64,000 nt of DNA from Fonticula alba ATCC 38817 (lineage: Eukaryota; Protista; Nucleariida). A model generated the notes under the pieces. The model did no database searches. It was not told where the DNA came from and saw nothing but the letters and a program-made list of their open reading frames with translations. The stretch is from assembly GCA_000388065.2 (NCBI GenBank), contig KB932208.1, one strand, 5' to 3'. The first letter of the stretch is position 1; the number at the start of each line of letters is the position of its first letter. Shown here in pieces: positions 1-10,844 of the stretch. The position numbers and the translations under genes are program-made.

Positions 1-3000
1 GGGGGGGGGGGGGACGCGTTGCGTACACGCACAAACAAGCGCGCGCGAGACCGCCCACGACCGCACAGGACCGCCCAGGCCACCTGCGGCAACCGGGGTG
101 GGGCCCCGGCGGGGCTGGGGCGCCCCGTCCAGGCTCGCGGTCCCTCGGCCCCCGGCCCGGCCGCTCCGCCGGGCGTGTTGGGCGCCTGCCTTGCCCTGCC
201 CTGCCCGCGCCGGCGCGCCCCGGCCTCCCGCCTCCTCCCGCCGGAGCGGCTCTTTGTTAACCACACCCGGCTCTCGGGGAGGCGACACACACACACACGC
301 ACACACGCACACACGCACACACGCATTTCCATTGGGGGGGGGGGATGGGGCTGTCGTGCCGCGCGCCGAAATGGCGACCTCGATTACGGCCCAGGGCCCC
401 CGGGGCGCACGGCACCCCTGGCCCGGCGGCGGTCAGCTCGGCATTGTCGGCTCCCATGCAGGGCAGGCGCGGCGCGCCGAGCCGGGCAGAGGGCCGCCGG
501 GCCGCCGGGCCGCAGAGAGAGGGGCAGGGAACGCGCCAGGGCGGGGGGGGGGCGGCATCGGGACAGGGGCGGTGCGGCGAAGGGCAGGCCCACGCAGCCA
601 TGGCGGCCCCGGGGCGATCCTGCCCCCTCCGCCCGGAGTGCCCCCCTCGGCTCGCCTCGCCCGGGCGCGCGTTGCCCCGGGGGCGTCGGCGGCGCGCGCA
701 TCATGCCGGGCCGACCATGCCCCCCGTGGCCGCCGGGCGAGCCACACCGAACCCCTCGCCGGGCGGGCGCCGGTCTCTGCCGACGCCACGCTCCGGGCCT
801 CGCGCGGGGCGTCTCTCGTGGCCGGCGGGGCGGCCCCGGTCGTCCGCTGCCCCGCCGGCCCGGCCGCGGCGGCCAGGTGCCGGGACTAGTCATCGGCCGA
901 TGGATTAAGCGTCTTGCGGCGGCGGCGGCGGCGGCGGCGGCATGAATTCCAGCGGGAGTTTGTTTGGCCGCCCGGGGAGGGGTGCGGGCAGGGAGACGGG
1001 CGACGCACGGCCGGGCGCCCCCGTCCCCCCCCCCGAGAGCACACCCCCATCATCCTGTCAGGCCATGCGCCGGGCCCGAGACGGCGGCGGCCGGGGAACC
1101 TACCAAGCGAGGGGACGGGCCGGGCGGAAGGGCGGCGCGGGGGGGGGGGGCGGGTACACGCGCGGCCCAGGCCGGCTGCACGCGCGCGCAGCCGTAATTT
1201 GGGAGCCAGGGGGAGTACGAGCACCCGCCCGGCCCCCCCCCCCCCTCCCCCGTGGGCGCTTGGGCTTCATGGGAATGTTCGCGCGGCACTCCTCGCCGGA
1301 GCTGCGGCCACCGGGCCCCGGCGGCGGGCTGCCCCTGGCCTCGCCACCCACGCGCAGGGGCGAGGCCGCCGAGCGCGGGCGCGGGCGCAGGGAGGCCCGT
1401 CCTCGGGCGGCCATGTACGCGCCATATTTGCATCTTGCCTTTGGGGGGGGGGACAGGGGGCAGCATGCCTTCCGCGCACGCCCGCCGGGATTGCCCCAGG
1501 CCGGGGGCTGCGTGTACGGGCTGTGGCCCCCGCGCGCTGCACCGCACACCCCCGGCATGCCGATCATTTGTCGTCGCGCGCGCAAGCACCCCCCCGGCGG
1601 GTGTCGGGCTCTCCGGCGCGGCGGCCCCGCCAGTGGCACGGCGGCCCCGGGCCCGGTACGAGGCCCGCCGGCCCGAGAACGGGCCCCGCCCTGCGCCGGC
1701 GCCGATGTTCGCGGTGTCAGAGCCCGGGGCGGGCCTGCGGGCGTGCCCCTCGCGACGCCTCCCGCCGTGGCGGCCCAACGGCCTCCAGCCCAGGCCGGGG
1801 GGGGGGGGCGGGGGCCGCCCAGCCGGTGCCCCTGTCAAAGCGCGGGCCGGGAGGGGGGGGGGGGCGAGGGCGCGCGCGCCCGGCGCGGCTGGCCGCCCGC
1901 GAGGGGCGGCTCTTTGGCACGGCGCCCCTCGGCATGCCCTGGGCCGGGCGAGCCGCCTGGGTATGTGCGCCGGTGCCGGCGTCGTGTGAGTTCCATCCTC
2001 GGTTCTGCTTCATTTCATTCCTGCGCCCCCGGCCGCGGCCTCATTCCTCCGCCCGGGGGTGCCGGCCGCCGGCAGGATGCGGTTGCTCCGTGCGAACATT
2101 TAAATGGCCCAATTTCCCGGAAGACCGGATCATTGGCTGCTCGGGCCCTCCCTCCCCCTCGCTCGCTCGCTCGCTCGCTCGCTGGCTGGCTGGCTGCTCC
2201 TTGGCGCCTCTGGGGCTCTCCCGGGATGGAGGCGAATGACTGTGCCGGCCCGGCCGGGGGCCGCCGGAGAGGCCGGCCCCCCCCCCCCCGGGCTTTGACG
2301 CTCTCTAGCGCCTGCCCGCCTGGCCGCACGTCCGCGCGCCCGCCCCCCATCTCCGGGTGCTCAGGACGGTCCCCACTCGCGCCGAGGGGCATCTCGGCCC
2401 TGGGCCACACTCGCACGCGCTCGTGCGCGCGCGCGCGCGCGCAAGTGCACCCAACACCCAAGTGCCCGCCGGAGAATCCTGCCCGGTAGTCGACGGCCAG
2501 AGGGGGCGGGGGGAGGGGGGGGGGGGAGACGGTCGCGCATTCCTTTGCGGCCACCAACACCGGCCGATCGCGCACACCCAACAGAAGAGAGGGAGACAGG
2601 GGAGACCCCCCCCCCTCGGGGAGGAGGCGGCGGGGGCGGGGGGAAGGCTCTTTTTGACCTCGATGAGTCAGCCGCATCCCTGCTCGACCGCGGTGCTCTC
2701 GGGGCGGTGCGCGCCCACTGGGCTCGAGAGGTGTGCTCGGGCGCACGGGCATGGTCTGGCCCTCCGGGTCCGGGTCCGGGCGGGCGGGAGCGGCCAACAG
2801 CAGCCCGGTGCCCCGGCGCCCTGGGGCGCCCAACATCTCTGCGTCCGCGGGCGGGCTACTTGCCGGTGGTGTGTTTATTGGCGCGCGCCCCGCCCCGCCC
2901 CCCGCCCCCCCCCCCCGCACTTCCGGTGTCACCGGGCTGGGGCACCCCGCCGCCGGCCGGGGCCGCCACCTCGGAGGGCAGCCCCCGCGGCAGGCAGATC

Positions 3001-3990
3001 GGCCATGCGAAATCCCGGCGGCCCAATATGCCCCGGGGGAAGGGCGGACGAGCACCCGAGTGAGCGAGCGAGCCAGTCGGACCGGACGAGCCCCTGGCCA
3101 GGCCGATGTTAGCCAACGCCGGGGCAAGTGCGCGCGCGCGCGCGGGGGCGGGGGGGGGGTCAATGCGCTCGCCCGGCCGCCCATGTCAGGACTCGGGGCC
3201 GTTGCGGCTTGCCCGGCTGCCGGGCCGCCCCGCCCCGCCCCGCTCATGCCCGCCCATTCGGCCGGCACCCGGACACCGGGGCGGACGCATGCATGCCCCG
3301 AGTACTCCGGCCAGCAGAGGAGGGGGCGGGGGAGCATCGCGCCCGCTTTCCCGCCCCCCCCCCCCTTTGACTGACCGGGTCGCCCCGTGTGTTTGTGCGC
3401 CGCATCCGAGGGGTCGCGCGCGCGCTCCCAGCCCCTGCCGNNNNNNNNNNNNNNNNNNNNNNNNNNNNNNNNNNNNNNNNNNNNNNNNNNNNNNNNNNNN
3501 NNNNNNNNNNNNNNNNNNNNNNNNNNNNNNNNNNNNNNNNNNNNNNNNNNNNNNNNNNNNNNNNNNNNNNNNNNNNNNNNNNNNNNNNNNNNNNNNNNNN
3601 NNNNNNNNNNNNNNNNNNNNNNNNNNNNNNNNNNNNNNNNNNNNNNNNNNNNNNNNNNNNNNNNNNNNNNNNNNNNNNNNNNNNNNNNNNNNNNNNNNNN
3701 NNNNNNNNNNNNNNNNNNNNNNNNNNNNNNNNNNNNNNNNNNNNNNNNNNNNNNNNNNNNNNNNNNNNNNNNNNNNCCCCATGTCCACTGTGCGTTTGCG
3801 CCCCCCCCCCCCTTTCCTGCCACGGCACACTCCATCACCTGCCCCGCCTGCTGACACCCCCGCCCGCATCAGCACACGCATCCACACATCCACACGCACT
3901 TTGTTGGGGTCTCTTCATTGGATTCAGTGCTCACTTGTGTAGCGAATCCACCTTTTCTTTGCCTTCGCCCTGTCGTCCACGCTCTCCGCC

Positions 3991-4899
3991 ATGTCTTCAA
4001 TGGCCTCCTTCTTTAAGCGCAGGGACAAGGACAAGGACAAGGACAAGAAGGGCGACCGAGAAAAGGACAAGGACCGCGATGCCTCCGGGACGTCTCCCAC
4101 CGGCGCCGTGGCCCCTGGCGGCGCCGCCACCGCCCCGAGCCCTATCGCCACCCCTTCGGCATCGCCCCTCGCCTCGCCGCCTGTGACCGGGACCTCGCCG
4201 CCGACCCCGGTGCTGCCGAGCTCCCCGACCCCGGCCCAGGCCATGGGCCCGGGCACCGCCTCGGCCGGCGGATCCGCCCCCGCCCCGGCCCAAGCCCCCG
4301 CCGGGACCTCGCACCATCCCCACCACCACCACCACCATCACCACCACCACGGCGCATCCTCCTCCTCGGCGTCAACCCCGGTCGAGCAGCCCGGCCGCCA
4401 TGCGCAGCATGCCCCCACGCACTCGGTGGACATGGCCTCCTCGGCCGGCCATCATCATCACCCGGCTCAGGGGGGCGGCATGCGCAAGGCCGACTCGGTT
4501 GGTGTCATTGATTACTCCGGAGCCGGTGCGCCTTCTCTTCCCGCTCCCCCCTCCCCCCCCTCTCTCTCTCTCCCTCCCTCCCTCTCTCTTGCCACCCGCG
4601 GCGCGGGAGGGAGGGGGGGGGCATGTCCATGTACTCACCCCGAGACAACACCTCGCTCCCCTTCAGACCCGATTGCTGCGGCGGTCGCTGCTGCTGCCAC
4701 GCCCTCCTCAGTCCCCACCTTCCCCAGTGTGCCCATCTGCCACCGCGAAATCACCCTGGTGGCGGAGAACCGCCGCCGGTGGAAGCTTTCGGACTTCATC
4801 CTCCACCAGACGCTTGGTACGTGCAAATGGGCCTCGGTCTTTGCCGGCGTCCCCTCCCCCCCCCCTTTTATCCCCCCTCCTCCCGCCCTCTTCCCCCCT

Positions 4900-4930
<31 letters not shown>

Positions 4931-5020
4931 CCCCACTCCTTCCCCCCTCCCTCCCCCCCCTTCCCCCCTCCCTCCCCCTCCCCCCTCCCCCCCCTCCCCC
5001 CCCCCTCCCCCCCTCCCCCG

Positions 5021-5066
<46 letters not shown>

Positions 5067-6129
5067 CCGGGGGACGGGGCTGGTGGGCACACCGCACCGC
5101 TGCCAGACCCGCTGGCACCCTGGGCCCGTCGTCTCGCCCCGGCCCGGCTCCCCCCCCTCTCCCGGGCGCTGCAGGCACGACCCGGCCGGCCCCCATCCGC
5201 GCTGGCTGTACCGGGCCCGACCGCACCGCCGCGGGGCGCGCCGGGGCGCGGGGCCGCACACAGCCGAGGGGACCCGGCCGGGCCGGCGAAACCCGAGATG
5301 GGGGCCACCGGCGCAGACTCTGCCCCTTTTATAGATTCTACCTGAACCCCTCTCCACCCGGCCAGAGACCGCATCGCCACCTCCCTCCCTCCCCTCCCCC
5401 CGNNNNNNNNNNNNNNNNNNNNNNNNNNNNNNNNNNNNNNNNNNNNNNNNNNNNNNNNNNNCCCCCCCCCCCCCCGCCTTCCTGCGCATGCCTTTCCCCT
5501 TCCTCTCCTTCCTCCCCATCCGTCCTTCTCCTTGCCCGGTGCCCCAGGTACCGGTACCTTCGGCCGTGTGCACCTGTCCCGCCACCGCACGCAGCCCGGT
5601 TACTACGCCATGAAGGTCCTGCGCAAGGAGGACGTCGTGCGCCTGAAGCAGGTGGAGCACATCAACTCCGAGAAGGACATCCTCGCGCAGATCTCCTGCC
5701 CCTTCATTGTCACCCTGTGCGCACGACTGCCTTTTTTTTTTCTCTCCCTGTCTCTCCTGTGCATTCGGCGACCATGCGTGGCGAGGTCTTGCTCTGACTT
5801 TCTCCCCCCCCCCCCTCTCCTCCTCTCGCTTCTTGTTCCCCCGCACGCGCAGCTACTGCACCTTCCAGGATGTCCACAGCATCTACATGCTGGAGGAGTA
5901 TATCATCGGTGGTGAGGTCTTCTCGCATCTCCGCCGTGCCGGGCGCTTCTCCAACGACACCACCCGTTTCTATGCGGCCGAGATCATCCTCGCCATCGAG
6001 TACCTCCACCGACTGGACATCATCTATCGTGATCTCAAGCCCGAAAACTTGCTGCTCGACAGCGAGGGGCACATTAAGATCACGGACTTCGGCTTCGCCA
6101 AGAAGGTGGTCGATCGGTCCGTACCGCAC

Positions 6130-6160
<31 letters not shown>

Positions 6161-7037
6161 TGCAACCTCCCCCGACCCCCCGTGGTCCAGTTTGCCCCGC
6201 ATCTGCATTCGCCCACACCATCACCCACGCACACGCATGCGCATCCCCCCCCCCCTCCACTCACTGACCCCCTCGCCGGACTCCTCGTCATCCCCTCCCC
6301 CTTCCGGCCCTCCTCTTTCGATCTCGGGCGTGCTCAAAACCAGCACCTGGACCCTGTGCGGTACCCCGGAGTACCTGGCCCCCGAGATCATCCAAAGCAA
6401 GGGCCACGGCAAGGCCGTGGACTGGTGGGCTCTTGGGATTCTCATTTTCGAAATGCTGGCCGGCTTCCCGCCCTTCTTCGATGACAACCCCTTCGGCATC
6501 TATGAGAAGATTCTGGCCGGGCGCATTCAGTTCCCCTCGCACTTCGACAGCCCGGCCAAGGACCTTGTTCGCCGGTTGCTCAATGCCGACCGGTCCAAGC
6601 GGCTCGGCAATCTGAAGAATGGCCCTGTCGATGTTAAGGCACATAAGTGGTTCCGCAACTTCGACTGGAAGGGGGCCCTGGACCGCACCCTCCCGGTACG
6701 CCTCCCTCCCCCTTCCTGTCTCCTCTCCTCATGCGCAAGCACATCCCCGGCGCACCCCTCGCCTGTCACAATGTGGCCTCCTGCTCTTCTCCGGCCACCC
6801 GCCTCGGCTCCTCCTCCTCCTCCTCCTCTTGCTAACGCCTCGAACCCCCGTCTCCCGTCTCCCTCCCCTCCTCTTCGCGCCCCCCCCACACACACACAGG
6901 CGCCCATCATCCCCATGTACCATGGACCAGGCGATACCAGCAACTTCGAGCGCTATGACGAGCCCGACATCGATCCCATCACCTTCGGCTCGGGAACCGG
7001 CGACGACCCGTTCGCTCATCTTTTCGCCGACTTCTGA
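3991..7037 (+). CDS. PRKX: cAMP-dependent protein kinase catalytic subunit, PRKX/Dictyostelium PKA-C-like (~582 aa, 5 exons)
   Basis: Exons 3991-4816, 5548-5716, 5853-6116, 6344-6695, 6900-7037 join in phase via GT-AG introns. Motifs [67 protein letters not shown] and C-terminal FADF. About 270-aa low-complexity N-terminus. Confidence 0.95.
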
Positions 7038-7877
7038 GCCCTCTCCCCCCCTCTCCCCCTGCCCCTCCAATCTACCAAATGTACCACACACATACACCTC
7101 CCCCTCCCCCCTATTCCTTCGCGGGGCATCACACATGTTCATGCCCTTTCACGCATCGAGGAGGGCCTCCTGCTTGTCTGTTCCCGCCTCGCCGCGCGCT
7201 GTCCCCACGAACAGGCCGAAGCTCCCTGCTCTTCTCCTCGTCCATCCACCAGGGCACATGGCGTGGGCATGCACATGGCCCGCGTCTCGCAGAGCGTCAA
7301 AGGTAGCCCTGCATGTCGACATGTGCCTGCTCCCTGTGCCGCGCACCTTTCACGCCATTGCCTTGGTGCGCCTCGCGCGTGGCCACCCTGCTGCATGCCC
7401 CTTCCCGAGAGGCGGGGACCTTTTGCAGGGGAGGGGAGACAGAGGCATGCGCATGGGGGCCGGTGCCCGGCGCCGTGGACGCCGAGGGCGAAGCGCCCCT
7501 CGCCCGGCCGGAGCACGGCAGCCCTCCCCGGCCCCCGCATCACGCGGCAGGCAGAGGGAAACACTCATTCGACGGCAGTCCAATGTGTGATCAGCTGACA
7601 CACGGGCGGCGCTCGTGCGGGCAGCCAGTGGCGCAACGGCCCCCCCAGCCGCGCTGGGACAAAAGGAGGACGGTTGGCAGGCCCCCGGGGTCCGGGATCT
7701 CGATCACCCCTGCTCCTGCGTCTCCCCTCCCTGTTCCCCCTCTCTCGCTCCTTCTTTCTTTCTTTTTTTTCCTCCTCAAGCGCCGCCCTTGCATCGGGTT
7801 TGTCCCGGCCCCCCCNNNNNNNNNNNNNNNNNNNNNNNNNNNNNNNNNNNNNNNNNNNNNNNNNNCCCCACGGCGCC

Positions 7878-9401
7878 ATGAACTTCGAGTTCCCCCCCCT
7901 GAGATCGATATTTGCCGACATACCGCCCCCATCGGCGCGTCCTGGGGCCGCCACACCCGCCAGGGGTCCCGGCGATGTCCCCGGCGGCGCCTCCGCCTCG
8001 CCGGCCTTGGGGTTCCAGGTCGGCGCGGCGGCTGCCACCAAGTCCTCAGTCAGTAGCCTGGCCCTGCCGGACAGCCTGTCGGTCCTCCGGCAGCCGGGCA
8101 ACACTTCGAGCCGGTCGGCATCGTCGTCGTCTGTTTTCTCGTCAGCCACATCGAAGGTCCCCCGGGCAGGGACCGAGGACCAGGTCTTCCGGGACATCTT
8201 CCCTGCCGGATCGCCAGCCGCCCCGGCGGCGGGGGCGGCGGGGGCGGCAGCTCGGCGCCCAATGCCCGGGACACCGTCCCGAGGCCCTGGGCCCACGGCC
8301 TCCTCCTCCGCCTTCTCCCCCGGTGCCGGTGTTGGCGCCGACTCCATCGATCTGACCACTCCAGATCCGCCGCCGACGGCGGCAGCGGCGGCGCGCGGCC
8401 CAGCCGGCCCCCCCTCTGCCATCCCGACAGCGGCGAGCCCCATGCCGGACGAAATCTCCATGCTGCTCATGGACGAGCTGGATTACTATGACGAGATTGA
8501 TGCCTCCTTTTCCCTCCTGGATGACAACTTCATTCGTGCTCCGAGCGCCGCCGGTCCAGCAGGGACGCCCGCCTCACCGGCTCCCGGTGCCGGTGCCCGG
8601 GCCGGGCCGACGGCCAGCTTTTCCGCCGCGGCGGCCATCTCGCGACATCTCTACACATCCGGGGGCCCGGGGCAGCCGCTGCGCCCGGCTGGCCCGAGCA
8701 CGCCGGCCACCACCACCACCCCCCGGCGCCCGGCCGCGTCGGGCCTGCCCTCCAGGATGGATGGCGATAGCCCCATTTGGCAGGATGCCCTGTCGAGCCC
8801 CCCCCGGCAACCGGCGGCCCAGCATGCCGCCACGTCCACGCCGCGGCGGCCGAACCCCCCTTCAGACTTCCCCTATCCCTTTGACGATGATGAGGACTTC
8901 CAAGCGGCCATGGACTTTGAAGATGCCTTCGACCTGACCCAGGAGCCGGACTTCGACTTCTTCCCGCCCGACGCGGGCCCCGCCCCGGCAGCCGGGAACC
9001 GAGCAGCCCCGGGAATCGCCGGGCGGCAACTTCCGGCGCCCTCGCCCATGTCGCCGGCGCCGGCGTGGACGCCCCTCAAGGCGGCTCCCGCCGGAGCAAG
9101 TGCCGCGACCCAGTACAACCCCGCTGCCGGGGTGCATTTCGCCCCGTTGCCGAGTGGCGGCTTCCGGCCGGAAAATCTCCCCCCTCGTCAGCCGATGAAC
9201 CCCCAGCCGCCCTTCTCATGCTCCTTCTTCGGCCTGATGGATGACGACATGGCGCGCATGTACGGCTCCATCTTTTCGCTGGACGCCACGGCGGCCGGCG
9301 GGGGTGGCGGGAATGCGCGCCAGCCGCCGCCGCGCCAGCCGGTCTCCCGGTCCGCCTCGGGCCAGGGCTCGGGCTTCCGTGGCCGGCGTCAGTGGCACTA
9401 G
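7878..9401 (+). CDS. Hypothetical intrinsically disordered protein (~507 aa)
   Basis: Long open frame from GCCATG at 7878, Ala/Pro/Ser-rich with acidic-aromatic clusters. No family recognised. True start could be hidden by the gap at 7816-7865. Confidence 0.65.
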   Translation: MNFEFPPLRSIFADIPPPSARPGAATPARGPGDVPGGASASPALGFQVGAAAATKSSVSSLALPDSLSVLRQPGNTSSRSASSSSVFSSATSKVPRAGTEDQVFRDIFPAGSPAAPAAGAAGAAARRPMPGTPSRGPGPTASSSAFSPGAGVGADSIDLTTPDPPPTAAAAARGPAGPPSAIPTAASPMPDEISMLLMDELDYYDEIDASFSLLDDNFIRAPSAAGPAGTPASPAPGAGARAGPTASFSAAAAISRHLYTSGGPGQPLRPAGPSTPATTTTPRRPAASGLPSRMDGDSPIWQDALSSPPRQPAAQHAATSTPRRPNPPSDFPYPFDDDEDFQAAMDFEDAFDLTQEPDFDFFPPDAGPAPAAGNRAAPGIAGRQLPAPSPMSPAPAWTPLKAAPAGASAATQYNPAAGVHFAPLPSGGFRPENLPPRQPMNPQPPFSCSFFGLMDDDMARMYGSIFSLDATAAGGGGGNARQPPPRQPVSRSASGQGSGFRGRRQWH

Positions 9402-10037
9402 CCGCACCGCATCGGGCTTCCCCTGCCCACATCGCTCTCCCCTCCGGCGGGCGGGGCCGGGCAGGCGTGGAGCCCGACAAAATACACACCTTCCTCCATC
9501 TCCGTTGTCCATCTCCGGTGTCCATCTTCCCGGGGATCTGTACACACGCACGCACGCACGCATGCACGCACGCACGCACGCATGCGGACACCCAGCGCGC
9601 CTGGGGGAAAGGCCTTCTCTCCGGACAATGGGGAATGTTCCGCCCGGCGCCAAATGCCAACGAACATGCGCTCGCCTCATGCCCGATGGCTTCCCCAACG
9701 AGATGGCCTTGTCCCCTGGGCGGGAGGCCGAGGTATGTTCCCCCCCCCCCCCGGCCGGGCCTGACCTGACCCGACGCCCCGAGAGAAGGGCCGCATGTTT
9801 GGGGGGCTCGCTGCGGGCGGTACTCTCGCCATCCGTCCCGGCCCCTCTCCCGATTATCCGACCCTCCTCCTCCCCTGCCCCCTTTCGCCTCCTCTCTCTC
9901 CCTCCCTCCCTCTCTCTCCCCCCTGCCCCCTCTCTCCCCTGCCCCCTCTCTCCCCTCCCTTTCCCCTGGGCGCGCCGGCCCAAGCAGAGCGCGCGCACTG
10001 CCACTCTCCCGCACACTTCCTCCTCCCTGCCCGGAGC

Positions 10038-10813
10038 ATGACACCGGTGCTCGGCATCGGCGCAGTATGGCCCCACTGTGCGGGTCCACCGGCCGGATGG
10101 CGATCGCTCGGCCCAACCGCCGCGCCCCCGGTCCCGGCATGCCTGACGGAGACGGCGCTCAAGGCCCTCTGGACTGATCTGGCTGGTGCCCCGCAGGCCG
10201 TGTCTCCGGCCGGCCGGTGCCCCGCCCTGCCGACTGCTCCGGCGACCCGGCTGCTGGCGTCGAGGCACCACCTGTTCGGGTATAGCACGCGCGAGGGTGG
10301 CGATCTCTTTGCCATTGATGCGCTGCCCGCATCGGCGGCCTCCCAGCAGGGGCCCATTCGTGCGGCGATGGCCGCCCCGGCCGCCCCGGCGGTGCCGGTC
10401 TCCTCGGCCGAGGCGCGTGCCTCTCGGCTGAAGGCCCTCCTGGCCCCGAGTCGGCCTCCTGCCGATGTGGACGATCTCAAGCCCGATGGCATTTGGCCTG
10501 GCGGCCGGCTGGGCCTGAGCCGGCCAACTGCCCCGGGTGTCTTCCTGGCCGGCATCTCGGCCGATTGTGTTCCCGGGTATGTTTCATCGGCCAGCCGTGT
10601 CTTCACCCAGGCGCCTTCCCACTGTCCAGGGGAGTCGCTCTCCTCCTTTCCCACGCGCGCTCACACACGCACATATCCTGACCGCCCTTTGTCCGCCACC
10701 ACCGCCCCGACCACCGCTCAGATCACCGCAGTCCCTGCTGTCAGTCTGGAGTGATGGCCGTCTGGACGTCCACGTTTACTCCACCGATGGGTGCGCATTT
10801 GCATGCGGCCTTT

Positions 10814-10844
<31 letters not shown>

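Noticed and set aside
19-3942. Many overlapping 100-600-aa ORFs on both strands
   Set aside because: Arg/Gly/Pro/Ala composition expected from non-coding GC-rich DNA; no motifs or consistent splice structure.
7080-7087. Pumilio element in the PKA 3'UTR, by analogy to Dictyostelium PufA
   Set aside because: TGTACCAC does not fit the UGUAHAUA consensus.
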